The notes beneath the pieces are model-generated. The model saw nothing but the letters and a program-made list of their open reading frames with translations, did no database searches and was not told the origin of the DNA. A stretch of 64,000 bases of DNA from Eledone cirrhosa. Lineage: Eukaryota. Location of the stretch: contig OZ024750.1 in the NCBI GenBank assembly GCA_964016885.1, forward strand, positions 52,638,001-52,702,000, written 5' to 3'. The position numbers and the translations under genes are program-made. Shown piece by piece: positions 38,805 to 52,536 of this stretch; the first letter of the stretch is position 1; every line of letters begins with the position of its first letter.

Positions 38805-41247
38805 TGAGAGAGATTGTGTGTGTGAAGGAATATAATAGATTGTGTGTGAAGGAATATAATAGATTGTGTGTGAAGGAATATAAGAGATTGTGTGTGTGAA
38901 GGAATATAAGAGAGATTGTGTGTGTGAAGGAATATAAGAGATTGTGTGTGTGTGAAGGAATATAAGAGAGATTGTGTGTGTGAAGGAATATAATAGATTG
39001 TGTGTGTGTGTGAAGGAATATAAGAGATTGTGTGTGTGAAGGAATATAAGAGAGATTGTGTGTGTGAAGGAATATAAGAGATTGTGTGTGTGTGAAGGAA
39101 TATAAGAGAGATTGTGTGTGTGTGAAGGAATATAAGAGAGATTGTGTGTGTGTGAAGGAATATAAGAGATTGTGTGTGTGAAGGAATATAAGAGAGATTG
39201 TGTGTGTGAAGGAATATAAGAGATTGTGTGAGTGAAGGAATATAAGAGATTGTGTGTGTGTGAAGGAATATAAGAGATTGTGTGTGTGTGAAGGAATATA
39301 AGAGAGTTTGTGTGTGTGAAGGAATATAAGAGATTGTGTGTGTGTGAAGGAATATAAGAGATTGTGTGTGTGAAGGAATATAAGAGAGATTGTGTGTATG
39401 TGAAGGAATATAAGAGATTGTGTGTGTGTGAAGGAATATAAGAGATTGTGTGTGTGAAGGAATATAAGAGAGTTTGTGTGTGTGAAGGAATATAAGAGAT
39501 TGTGTGAGTGAAGGAATATAAGAGATTGTGTGTGTGTGAAGGAATATAAGAGATTGTGTGTGTGTGAAGGAATATAAGAGATTGTGTGTGTGAAGGAATA
39601 TAAGAGATTGTGTGAGTGAAGGAATATAAGAGATTGTGTGTGTGTGAAGGAATATAAGAGATTGTGTGTGTGAAGGAATATAAGAGAGTTTGTGTGTGTG
39701 AAGGAATATAAGAGATTGTGTGTGTGTGAAGGAATATAAGAGATTGTGTGTGTGAAGTAATATAAGAGAGATTGTGTGTGTGAAGGAATATAAGAGATTG
39801 TGTGTGTGAAGGAATATAAGAGATTGTGTGTGTGTGAAGGAATATAAGAGATTGTGTGTGTGAAGGAATATAAGAGATTGTGTGTGTGTGAAGGAATATA
39901 AGAGATTGTGTGTGTGAAGGAATATAAGAGAGTGTGTGTGTGTGAAGGAATATAAGAGATTGTGTGTGTGTGTGAAGGAATATAAGAGATTGTGTGTGTG
40001 TGAAGGAATATAAGAGAGTGTGTGTGTGAAGGAATATAAGAGATTGTGTGTGTGAAGGAATATAAGAGATTGTGTGTGTGTGAAGGAATATAAGAGAGTG
40101 TGTGTGTGTGAAGGAATATAAGAGATTGTGTGTGTGTGTGTGAAGGAATATAAGAGATTGTGTGTGTGAAGGAATATAAGAGATTGTGTGTGTGAAGGAA
40201 TATAAGAGAGTGTGTGTGTGTGTGTGAAGGAATATAAGAGAGTGTGTGTGTGTGTGTGAAGGAATATAAGAGATTGTGTGTGTGTGAAGGAATATAAGAG
40301 AGTGTGTGTGTGTGTGTGAAGGAATATAAGAGATTGTGTGTGTGAAGGAATATAAGAGATTGTGTGTGTGAAGGAATATAAGAGATTGTGTGTGTGTGAA
40401 GGAATATAAGAGAGTGTGTGTGTGAAGGAATATAAGAGATTGTGTGTGTGAAGGAATATAAGAGATTGTGTGTGTGTGAAGGAATATAAGAGAGTGTGTG
40501 TGTGAAGGAATATAAGAGATTGTGTGTGTGAAGGAATATAAGAGAGTGTGTGTGTGTGTGTGAAGGAATATAAGAGATTGTGTGTGTGAAGGAATATAAG
40601 AGATTGTGTGTGTGTGAAGGAATATAAGAGAGTGTGTGTGTGTGAAGGAATATAAGAGATTGTGTGTGTGAAGGAATATAAGAGATTGTGTGTGTGTGAA
40701 GGAATATAAGAGAGTGTGTGTGTGTGTGAAGGAATATAAGAGATTGTGTGTGTGAAGGAATATAAGAGATTGTGTGTGTGAAGGAATATAAGAGATTGTG
40801 TGTGTGTGAAGGAATATAAGAGATTGTGTGTGTGTGAAGGAATATAAGAGAGTGTGTGTGTGTGAAGGAATATAAGAGATTGTGTGTGTGAAGGAATATA
40901 AGAGATTGTGTGTGTGAAGGAATATAAGAGATTGTGTGTGTGAAGGAATATAAGAGAGTGTGTGTGTGTGTGTGAAGGAATATAAGAGATTGTGTGTGTG
41001 TGAAGGAATATAAGAGAGTGTGTGTGTGTGAAGGAATATAAGAGAGTGTGTGTGTGTGAAGGAATATAAGAGAGTGTGTGTGTGTGAAGGAATATAAGAG
41101 AGTGTGTGTGTGTGAAGGAATATAAGAGAGTGTGTGTGTGTGAAGGAATATAAGAGAGTGTGTGTGTGTGAAGGAATATAAGAGAGTGTGTGTGTGTGAA
41201 GGAATATAAGAGAGTGTGTGTGTGAAGGAATATAAGAGAGTGTGTGT
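38805..41247. repeat. 2.4-kb array, about 28-34-bp unit GAGATT(GT)nGAAGGAATATAA
   Basis: Direct inspection; ends 33 nt before exon M. Confidence 0.95.
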
Positions 41248-41279
41248 ATTACATCAATGAATGTTTCTGTGTTTTTCAG

Positions 41280-41509
41280 GTCAGTTTATATCTGGAATAA
41301 AACAAGATGTGGAACTAACACTAAGCACATGTAGTATCCCAGTAGCTGATGATAGTGTTCTCACTGTAAATACATCAGCTGGTCTGTTGGCATATTATAA
41401 AGATGAGAGTGGTGTGAACATACCTTTAGAAGCTGCCTCAGTAAACAGCACTGTTACAATGAACTTACAATTACAACATATTCTTACCAAAGACTCTACT
41501 GAAGCAACT
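41280..41509 (+). CDS. TRAPPC10: TRAPPC10 exon M
   Basis: ttttcag|GT...ACT|gtgagt; QFISGIKQDVELTLSTC (human LLAGIPQRVKFTVTTG). Confidence 0.88.
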
Positions 41510-42259
41510 GTGAGTTCTTCATTTATACAATTTGTACGGTTCTTTATTCACTCTGTGAAGGTATGTGGGTTTAGTGGTTAGAGTGATGGACTCAATTCCC
41601 CATGTGGAACAGGCTGTGTCCTAGAGCAAACTACTTAATTTCACATTGCTCCAGTTCACTCAGCTGAAAATTAGAACCAACACTAGCAGCAGCAGTTAGA
41701 AAGTTAACTCTGTGATGGACTAGCATCCTGTCCAGTAGGAATGTTTTTTATGTCCCACATAAGTGATATGTCCTGTTGTGGCTCAGTGGTTTTACATGCA
41801 AAGATCAGTAGATGAGTGTTGATAAGTGCTCTATTAACATGTAAGTGGCTGAGCATTCCACAGACACATACATACTTAAGGTGATAAATACTCAGGGAGA
41901 TTCAACATGACACTCTGTGTGCCATGGCTAGCCCCTTAAATTACAGGTAGAACTGAGTGGACTAAAGCAATGTGAAATAAAGTGTCTTACTCAACCAGGA
42001 ATCAAACTCACAACCTTACATTCGGGAGACTAGCACTCTAACCACTATGTCACACCATAGTTTTTTTTAAAAAAGAAGAGTTGACATCAATAAGGACATC
42101 TGGCCATGGAATACTGCCTCAAGAATATTCATCTGACCCATGCCACACAGAAAAGGCAGTTGTAAAACTAATGATGATGATATTGACTCTGATATTATCA
42201 CATATTTTCTTCAAATATATTTATTGTTGTCTATATCTAGTTTAGAATATAAAATAATA

Positions 42260-43480
42260 TAATAATGAAATTATTGTGTACAGTGCTCAGGTGCACTACA
42301 ACTCATCAAAGGTGCATGTATAGTACATAGAATAATAAAGTGTCAGGAAAATGAACAGTGTATGAGTCATGATATAATAACAATAACAATAATGAAATAT
42401 TGTGTACAGTGCCCAGGTGCACCACAACTCATCAAAAAAGTGCATGTAGAGTACATAGGGCAATGCACAAACATCAGTAAAATGAACAGTGCACGAGTCA
42501 TGATACACACGTGTGCATGTGTATGGAAGGGGTACATCAGGTGTAGTTTTGGCGTATTTCGGGAAGCATGAGTGTCTTAAAGGATGCAGTGTCTCGGCAG
42601 CTAACAATTGATGCAGGCAGTTTGTTCCATGCTTCAGCAACTCTGAGCGTGAAAAAATGTCTCCGAAAGTCATGGGAGCTGTGCTGTTTTCTGATCTTGT
42701 AGGCGTGTCCACGTGTGTTAGACACGTGGAGATCAAAGAGGTGCTCAGGGTTGCAATTGGCAAGATGGTTAAAAACTTTGTGGGTATTCACCAAGTCCAT
42801 TGCCAGACGTCGGAGCTTCAATGAATCCATGCCCAGGGAAGCAAGGCGTTCAGAGTATGGTAGGTGTCTGATGGAGGGTATGCGCTTGGTTGCACGTCTC
42901 TGAACAGTTTCCAGGAGGTCAATGTTCTGAGCAAGATAGGGGTTCCAGACTGATGATGCGAATTCCAAGTGTGGTCGCACCATAGCTGTATACAGTTTTA
43001 AATAGATGGCTGGAGAGCGGCTAACAAAGGTCTTGCTGAGTGATGCCAAGACACCCTCGGCCTTCTTGACAATCTTAGAGACATGCTTTGTCCAACGCAA
43101 ATCGTTGCTGACAGTAATGCCCAGGTCACGTTCACAAGACTTTTTGATATCAGTGTTGTGGAGGGAGTATGTGGACGCTGGATTTTTCCTTCCAAAATGC
43201 ATGGTGGTACACTTGTCCACAGCCAGCTTCAGTTGCCAGTCTGTGATCCATTGCTGCATTGTGTCCAGGTCTGATTGTAGGAAAGAGTTGTAAATTTCAG
43301 GATCAGTCCTTTTGATTTCAAGGTACAGCTTGATGTCATCTGCATATTTTAGTATCGTGGCATTCTGTAAGTTGGCATCTATGTCATTAATATATGCCAC
43401 AAACAAAAGAGGACCAAGAACAGATCCCTGTGGTACACCAGATGACATCTCATATGGTGAAGAATGCTGACCTAGAACCG
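42260..43480 (-). mobile_element. CR1-clade LINE, 5'-truncated, with an uninterrupted 303-aa RT C-terminal part and duplicated 3' UTR end
   Basis: SGVPQGSVLGPLLF, YADD, RDLG, VRPHLEFAS.VW.P, QRRATK, Y.ERL..L, TRGH and RV...WNKLP motifs. Confidence 0.9.
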
Positions 43481-43481
43481 T

Positions 43482-44345
43482 GACTATATATATACTGTAT
43501 ATATCTAGTTTAGAATATATACTATATATACTGTATATATCTAGTTTAGAATATATACTGTATATATCTAGTTTAGAATATATACTGTATATATCTAGTT
43601 TAGAATATATACTATATATACTGTATATATCTAGTTTAGAATATATACTATATATACTGTATATATATAGTTTAGAATATATACTGTATATATTGTATAT
43701 ATCTAGTTTAGAATATATACTGTATATATCTAGTTTAGAATATATACTATATATACTGTATATATATAGTTTAGAATATATACTATATATATACTGTATA
43801 TATCTAGTTTAGAATATATACTATATATACTGTATATATCTAGTTTAGAATATATACTATATATATAGTTTAGAATATATACTATATATATAGTTTAGAA
43901 TATATACTATATATATAGTTTAGAATATATACTGTATATATTGTATATATCTAGTTTAGAATATATACAGTATATATCTAGTTTAGATACTGTATATATA
44001 CTGTATATATCTAGTTTAGATACTGTATATATCTAGTTTAGATATACTGTATATATACTGTGTATATACTGTATATATCTAGTTTATATACTGTATATAT
44101 CTAGTTTAGATATACTGTATATATACTGTATATATACTGTGTAGATACTGTATATATCTAGTTTAGATATACTGTATATATACTGTGTATATACTGTATA
44201 TATCTAGTTTATATACTGTATATATCTAGTTTAGATATACTGTATATATACTGTATATATACTGTGTATATACTGTATATATCTAGTTTAGATATACTGT
44301 ATATATACTGTGTATATACTGTATATATCTAGTTTATATACACTG
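43482..44345. repeat. AT-rich minisatellite (ATATACTGTATATATCTAGTTTAGA)
   Basis: Direct inspection. Confidence 0.9.
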
Positions 44346-44641
44346 TAACAGCTGTTATGTGGTGCCATCCAGCTAGGTTCCTCAACTGTGGTTCCACACC
44401 TCCACATAGTGATGTCAGTACCAGGCCCCAAAACTATGGTTCTGCTGTGAGATGGGTTCGGCATGGCCAACTGGCCTGTTCTTCCAGTGCCATCCAGTTC
44501 CACAGTCCTCATCAGAGCAAGCTCCAGCATGGCCAACTCTGGTCAGACTAGTCTCCCAACGTGGACTCATCTAACCCATGCAGGTGTGGAACAATGGACT
44601 TGAAACAGTGATGATGATGATTATCTTCACATAGATCATAA

Positions 44642-44843
44642 TATGAGAGTCGGCTGAAAAGTTCATAGGTTGACCAAGATACTCTCATGGAATGACCAAA
44701 TGAGGTTCATTTTTCAACATAGTCCCTGGAAAGAAACAATGCAGTTATTAATAAGAAGAGTTGACATTAATGCATGCAAGATTTCACAGCTCTAGCATCA
44801 CTCCTTCATAGTCAGTGTATAAACTTTTCAGCCAATACTCATA
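44642..44843. mobile_element. Mariner-derived MITE
   Basis: TIRs TATGAGAGTCGGCTGAAAAGTTCATA / TATAAACTTTTCAGCCAATACTCATA; partial copy at about 12620-12770. Confidence 0.7.
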
Positions 44844-44869
44844 TATTATCAACTTTACACTCATAACCA

Positions 44870-45322
44870 TATATTATATCTATGATATCTCATGGACCAT
44901 CATATATTATATCTCTGATATCTCATGGACCATCATATATTTTATCTATATCTCATGGACCATCATATATTATATCTATGATATCTCATGGACCATCATA
45001 TATTATATCTATATCTAGGGCAGTGGATTGGCAGTATCGGTAGAGCGTCAGATACCATGTTTTGCAGTATAGTTATGGCCCGTTGCATTCTGAGTTCAAA
45101 TCTGCCGAGGTTAACTTTGCCTTTCATCCTTACGAGGTCGATAAAATAAAGTACCAGTAATACACTGGGATAATTGCTGGCCTTGTGCCAAAAGTAGAAA
45201 AAAAAATATTATATCTATGATATCTCACCTCATATATTATATCTATGATATCTCATGGACCATCATATATTATATCTATGATATCTCACCATCATATATT
45301 ATATCTATGATATCTCACCACC
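44870..45322. repeat. About 33-bp minisatellite (ATATATTATATCTATGATATCTCATGGACCATC) interrupted by a SINE at 45018-45205
   Basis: Direct inspection; ends about 46 nt before exon N. Confidence 0.85.
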
Positions 45323-45367
45323 ATAAATGTATGATATATCTTCACATTTTCATGTCTTTATCTGCAG

Positions 45368-45468
45368 CTAACATTTGAAAGTTCCTTCCTACATTATCCC
45401 ATTAGTTGTCAGGTGACATTCTCTCCACCTTTACAGTTCTCTCATCAAGTGTTCTCCTGTCAAGAGAG
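45368..45468 (+). CDS. TRAPPC10: TRAPPC10 exon N
   Basis: ctgcag|CTA...GAGAG|gtaagg; LTFESSFLHYPISCQVTFSPPLQFSHQVFSCQER; phase 0 in and phase 2 out fit the neighbours. Confidence 0.85.
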
Positions 45469-45679
45469 GTAAGGAAACATTGACTTCTCATTTCTTACAT
45501 TGAAGGAAAATATTAACATTGTTACTACATTCTGTGGTGGTGGTGGTCGAGTGGTGACGGTGGGGGGGGGGGATGATGGTGATAATGATACCAATGATGA
45601 TTTTGATGGTAGAAAGATGGACTCCACCACCACCATCACCATCATCACCACCAGCATCATCACCACCACCGCCATCACT

Positions 45680-46460
45680 CATCATCATCATCATTCGTCG
45701 ACTACTGTCGAGATGATGGATCTCACTCTCATGCCCCAGAATTCCCTGTCCCCCATCGCTGCCCCCAGGGCCTGTCTACTGATTCCCGTATCCCTAGAGA
45801 CAACGTCAGGGAATGACAGCTTCATTATGATCAGAAACAGGACCCGGGAAAGCAGGGGCTGGACCTATATCAACAGGCATACCATATAGTGTGGTTCCCT
45901 GAGGAACAGGAACCCTGGTGCAGTTAGTTGCGAAATCCATCATCTTTTCAAATAGCTAATAATGTGTGTGGGCGCCACTACTACACACATGTGAAAGAAT
46001 TTGACAGCCAAGTCTTGAAGAAGGTGCTTTCTCCTCCGTGTGGTGGGTTACCCGGCGCCAGATACCAACCTGGCATTTATACCCTCGCCCTAATTGTTCG
46101 TGTTGCAAGCACTAGAGTAGTCGCGAACCAAAGCTACGGACCCACTCTATCCGTCTGGAGATACGTTGTACTAGCTTACCAGCATACTAGTAGCAGGAAG
46201 TTGACTTTTCCGGCACTGCAGCGCCTTTCGGCGGGCCGTGCTGGTTTTGGATGGCCATTGACTCCAAGAACTCTTAAGAGCTTCCAGGAGCTCCTTTGCC
46301 CTTTGACAGGTTTTGTTTTTAGTCCTGCAGGATGTCCAAAGTCACCCTCCTCACCAAGAAATCTTGGTGGGGTTGCCAGTTTAGTCGCCAGCGACCCGGC
46401 CATGAGACAGGTTGTACTGGGATACATGTTACCAGTAGCACCAACTGGTGACCTGACATC
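45680..46460 (-). mobile_element. Internally deleted (bipartite) RTE-like element: 5' UTR plus ORF C-terminus plus (GAT)n
   Basis: The - strand ends KLSFPDVVSRDTGISRQALGAAMGDREFWGMRVRSIISTVVDE* then TGATGATG; GC-rich upstream part with no RT. Confidence 0.55.
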
Positions 46461-46832
46461 ACTACCACCACTACCACCATCACCACCACCACCACCATCA
46501 CTACCACCATCACCACCACCACCACCTTCACCATCACCATCATCACCACCACCACCATCACCACCACCACCACCACCATCACTATCATCACCACCATTAC
46601 CATCACCATCACTACCACCACCACCATCACCACCATCAACCCTCCACCACCACCAACAACAACAACACTAACACCACCAGTACCACCACCACCAACACAA
46701 CCACCATCATCATCATCATCACCACTACCACCACCACCACCACCACCACCATCATCACCACCACCACTACCACCACCACCCCTCCCACCAACAATTTTTA
46801 GTTTTTAATCCTCAACATTTGATGAGATGAAT

Positions 46833-48216
46833 TTTACTAATACATCGAAACCGGTTATACTTTATATACATTATATACTTTACTAATACATCGAAACCGG
46901 TTATACTTTATATACATTATATACTTTACTAATACATCGAAACCGGTTATACTTTATATACATTATATACTTTACTAATACATCGAAACCGGTTATACTT
47001 TATATACATTATATACTTTACTAATACATCGAAACCGGTTATACTTTATATACATTATATACTTTACTAATACATCGAAACCGGTTATACTTTATATACA
47101 TTATATACTTTACTAATACATCGAAACCGGTTATACTTTATATACATTATATACTTTACTAATACATCGAAACCGGTTATACTTTATATACATTATATAC
47201 TTTACTAATACATCGAAACCGGTTATACTTTATATACATTATATACTTTACTAATACATCGAAACCGGTTATACTTTATATACATTATATACTTTACTAA
47301 TACATCGAAATGGGTTATACTTTATATACATTATATACTTTACTAATACATCGAAATGGGTTATACTTTATATACATTATATACTTTACTAATACATCGA
47401 AATGGGTTATACTTTATATACATTATATACTTTACTAATACATCGAAATGGGTTATACTTTATATACATTATATACTTTACTAATACATCGAAATGGGTT
47501 ATACTTTATATACATTATATACTTTACTAATACATCGAAACCGGTTATACTTTATATACATTATATACTTTACTAATACATCGAAACCGGTTATACTTTA
47601 TATACATTATATACTTTACTAATACATCGAAACCGGTTATACTTTATATACATTATATACTTTACTAATACATCGAAACCGGTTATACTTTATATACATT
47701 ATATACTTTACTAATACATCGAAACCGGTTATACTTTATATACATTATATACTTTACTAATACATCGAAATGGGTTATACTTTATATACATTATATACTT
47801 TACTAATACATCGAAACCGGTTATACTTTATATACATTATATACTTTACTAATACATCGAAACCGGTTATACTTTATATACATTATATACTTTACTAATA
47901 CATCGAAACCGGTTATACTTTATATACATTATATACTTTACTAATACATCGAAACCGGTTATACTTTATATACATTATATACTTTACTAATACATCGAAA
48001 CCGGTTATACTTTATATACATTATATACTTTACTAATACATCGAAACCGGTTATACTTTATATACATTATATACTTTACTAATACATCGAAATGGGTTAT
48101 ACTTTATATACATTATATACTTTACTAATACATCGAAATCGGTTATACTTTATATACATTATATACTTTACTAATACATCGAAACCGGTTATACTTTATA
48201 TACATTATATACTTTA
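46833..48216. repeat. 46-bp satellite, about 30 copies (TTTACTAATACATCGAAACCGGTTATACTTTATATACATTATATAC)
   Basis: Highly homogeneous; two variants, AAACCGG and AAATGGG. Confidence 0.95.
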
Positions 48217-48218
48217 TA

Positions 48219-48405
48219 GGCGGTGGATTGGCAGTATCGGTAGAGGGTTGGACGCCATGCTTTCCAGCATAGTTACGTCCCTTTACAATCTGAGTTCAAA
48301 TCCCGCCGAGGTTGACTTTGCCTTTCATCCTTACGGGGTCAATAAAATAAAGTACCAGTAATGCACTGGGTAATTGCTGGCCTTGTGCCTAAAGTAGAAA
48401 CAATT
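48219..48405 (+). mobile_element. tRNA-derived SINE, complete copy
   Basis: GGCGGTGGATTGGCAGTATCGGTAGAG head, GAGTTCAAATCCC B box, conserved core; many copies in the window. Confidence 0.78.
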
Positions 48406-48582
48406 ATATACTTTATATACATTATAAAACTTTATATACTTTATCTGTCTGTCTGTCTCCCTAAAACTCGAGAACCACCCAACCGATTGTTCTCAATATA
48501 ATATCTGTCCCTCTCATTTTTTCAATAATGTCACTTTGACAAATCAAAGAAAAGAAAAAAAAAAAGAAAAACAGACCCTTAA

Positions 48583-48803
48583 CCCTTTAGTGTTCAAACC
48601 GGCCAAAACCGACCTGAATTCTCTACCTCTTTCTGGCTGTAACTGGTCGCTGAAACTGATGTTAAGGTATTGTTCTCAAAATAAATACTTTTAAAATCTC
48701 ATAGATTCGATATTATGAGATATTATGAGATAATTATGTGAGGTAAAACCTTTACTATGAAAATATAATAGTATATATATAAAGTAATGTGAATACTAAA
48801 AGG
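48583..48803. mobile_element. piggyBac-like MITE
   Basis: TTAA-CCCTTTAG...CTAAAAGG-TTAA. Confidence 0.65.
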
Positions 48804-49124
48804 TTAAATATATTTTCAGTGCTATTTCCAATCTCACCTTTTCTCTATAACCACTCTTTTGTATAGAGCCTTACTTCCCTTTTCAAATATACATACATAT
48901 ATATATATTTATATATACATATATATATATTAATTCTTAACATCCCCTAATTCTTTAACAGAAAATAAAAACATGTTGGTAAATTCAAATGTTTATGGTA
49001 TCTTTTCAAGTGGACGTTTTGTGAAAATTTGCAGAATAAAGACTTTTTTGTGTGATTCGGTGACAGAATGTCTCAGTAAAAATGTGATGCAGGATTTTAA
49101 GAATTTATATGTCCATTGTTTCAG

Positions 49125-49251
49125 GAAATATATACAAGTCGAAGTGAAAGGTAACCACCAGAGTCCATTTTCTTTGACCAAACCACATCTAAAGACTGTT
49201 CATAACAATGATGTTGACTTTACCCTTCTTGGACATTTTGATAAATGGCAG
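49125..49251 (+). CDS. TRAPPC10: TRAPPC10 exon O
   Basis: ttcag|G...CAG|gtgagt; RKYIQVEVKGNHQSPFSL (human RKYVQVCVQN). Confidence 0.9.
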
Positions 49252-49324
49252 GTGAGTGTCATCTTTATGATATTTATATCTTAAATGATACACAGTGATA
49301 TGTCTACATTATATCTTAGTTAAT

Positions 49325-52003
49325 AATATGTCTACCTTATACTAGTGTCTACCTTATAGTAGTATGTCTACCTTATAGTAATATCTACCTTATACTAGTG
49401 TCTACCTTATAGTAGTATGTCTACCTTATACTAGTGTCTACCTTATAGTAATATGTCTACCTTATACTAGTGTCTACTTTATAGTAATGTCTACCTTATA
49501 GTAGTGTATACCTTATAGTAATGTGTCTACCTTATAGTAATATGTCTACCTTATACTAGTGTCTACCTTATAGTAGTATGTCTACCTTATAGTAGTGTAT
49601 ACCTTATAGTAATGTGTCTACCTTATAGTAATATGTCTACCTTATACTAGTGTCTACTTTATAGTAATGTCTACCTTATAGTAGTGTCTACCTTATAGTA
49701 ATGTGTCTACCTTATAGTAATATGTCTACCTTATACTAGTGTCTACCTTATAGTAATGTCTACCTTATAGTAGTGTCTACCTTATAGTAATGTCTACCTT
49801 ATAGTAGTATGTCTACCTTATACTAGTGTCTACCTTATAGTAATGTCTACCTTATAGTAATGTCTACCTTATAGTACTGTCTACCTTATAGTAATATGAC
49901 TACCTTATACTAGTGTCTACCTTATAGTAATGTCTACCTTGTAGTAATGTCTACCTTATAGTAGTATGTCTACCTTTTACTAGTGTCTACCTTACAGTAA
50001 TGTCTACCTTATAGTACTGTCTACCTTATAGTAATATGTCTACCTTATACTAGTGTCTACCTTATAGTAATGTCTACCTTATAGTAATGTCTACCTTATA
50101 GTATGTCTACCTTATAGTAATGTCTACCTTATAGTAATGTCTATCTTATAGTACTGTCTACCTTATAGTAATGTCTACCTTATAGTAATGTCTACCTTAT
50201 AGTAATGTCTACCTTGTAGTAATGTCTACCTTATAGTAATGTCTATCTTATAGTACTGTCTACCTTATAGTAATGTCTACCTTGTAGTAATGTCTACCTT
50301 ATAGTAATGTCTACCTTATACTAGTGTCTACCTTATAGTAATGTCTACCTTATAGTAGTGTCTACCTTATAGTACTGTCTACCTTATAGTAATGTCTACC
50401 TTATAGTAATGTCTACCTTATAGTAATGTCTACCTTATAGTAGTGTATACCTTATACTAGTGTCTACTTTATAGTAATGTCTACCTTGTAGTAGTGTATA
50501 CCTTATACTAGTGTCTACCTTATAGTAATGTCTACCTTATACTAGTGTCTACTTTATAGTAATGTCTACCTTATAGTAGTGTCTACCTTATAGTAGTGTC
50601 TACCTTATAGTAGTGTCTACCTTATAGTAATGTCTACCTTACAGTAATGTCTACCTTATAGTATGTCTACTTTATAGTAATGTCTACCTTATAGTAATGT
50701 CTACCTTATAGTAATGTCTACCTTATAGTAATGTCTACCTTATAGTAGTGTCTACCTTATAGTAATGTCTACCTTATAGTAGTGTCTACCTTATAGTAGT
50801 GTCTACCTTATAGTAATGTCTACCTTATAGTAATGTCTACCTCGTAGTAGCATCTACCTTATAGTAATGTCTACCTTATAGTATGTCTACCTTATAGTAT
50901 GTCTACCTTATAGTAATGTCTACCTTATACTAGTGTCTAACTTATAGTAATGTCTACCTTATAGTAATGTCTACCTTATAGTAATGTCTACCTTATAGTA
51001 TGTCTACTTTATAGTAATGTCTACCTTATAGTATGTCTACTTTATAGTAATGTCTACCTTATAGTAATGTCTACCTTATAGTAATGTCTACCTTATAGTA
51101 ATGTCTACCTTATAGTAGTGTCTACCTTATAGTAATGTCTACCTTATAGTAGTGTCTACCTTATAGTAGTGTCTACCTTATAGTAATGTCTACCTTATAG
51201 TAATGTCTACCTCGTAGTAGCATCTACCTTATAGTAATGTCTACCTTATAGTATGTCTACCTTATAGTATGTCTACCTTATAGTAATGTCTACCTTATAC
51301 TAGTGTCTAACTTATAGTAATGTCTACCTTATAGTAATGTCTACCTTATAGTAATGTCTACCTTATAGTATGTCTACTTTATAGTAATGTCTACCTTATA
51401 GTATGTCTACTTTATAGTAATGTCTACCTTATAGTAATGTCTACCTTATAGTAATGTCTACCTTATAGTAATGTCTACCTTATAGTAGTGTCTACCTTAT
51501 AGTAATGTCTACCTTATAGTAGTGTCTACCTTATAGTAATGTCTACCTTATAGTAATGTCTACCTCGTAGTAGCGTCTACCTCGTAGTAGCGTCTACCTT
51601 ATAGTATGTCTACCTTATAGTAATGTCTACCTTATAGTAATGTCTACCTTATAGTAGTGTCTACCTTATAGTAGTGTCTAACTTATAGTAATGTCTACCT
51701 TATAGTACTGTCTACCTTATAGTAGTGTCTACCTTATAGTAGTGTATACCTTATACTAGTGTCTACTTTATAGTAATGTCTACCTTATACTAGTGTCTAC
51801 CTTATAGTAGTGTCTACCTTATAGTAATGTCTACCTTATAGTAGTGTCTACCTTATAGTAGTGTCTAACTTATAGTATGTCTACCTTATAGTACTGTCTA
51901 CCTTATAGTAATGTCTACCTTATAGTAGGTCTACCTTATAGTATATCTACCTTATAGTACTGTCTACCTTATAGTAATGTCTACCTTAAAGTAGGTCTAC
52001 CTT
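49325..52003. repeat. 2.7-kb array of about 17-bp unit CCTTATAGTAATGTCTA with higher-order structure
   Basis: Direct inspection; starts about 75 nt after exon O. Confidence 0.95.
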
Positions 52004-52536
52004 ATCATCGTTTAACATCCATCTTCCACGCTAATATGGGTTTAGACGGGAGTTGTCCCACTTGAGGCAAGATTGGTTGTCTCGCTCGTATAAAACTATC
52101 TGGCAGGTTTTCTACGGCTGGATGCCCTGCCTAACACCAACCACATTTACAGTGAGGACTGGGAGGTTTTTACCGTGTTACCTACATGGCCACATTAGTC
52201 ATGACACCTACATGACCTCATTTATTTAGGACTGGATGTTGTGGTACCAACATAACTTAATAGAGAAAGGGGTGGTGTTGATCGGGTAGTGGTATGGGAG
52301 TGTATATTTGGTTAAGAGGTGCCTACTGACTGTAGGTTTCGCTTTGTACATAGGCAAGGCGGGTCTTCTGTATTACTGTGTAGCGCCAAAGATCTCGGTC
52401 CAGTGACATTGTCTTAGAGAGGTGTAAGTGTGTAAGGTCGGAATTTATCAAATCGTCCCAGGTTTTTCTGGGTCTACCTACTCCGTAACTCCCATCAGTT
52501 TTGATCGCCCTGCACTTTTTTATACAGCTGTTGTCT
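52004..52536 (-). mobile_element. RTE subfamily B 3' end inserted into the satellite
   Basis: Reverse complement resembles 22170-22730; the satellite unit resumes after it. Confidence 0.8.

Noticed and set aside
45928-46671. 247-aa proline-rich ORF
   Set aside because: Antisense reading of an RTE-derived element running into a (CCA/CAT)n microsatellite
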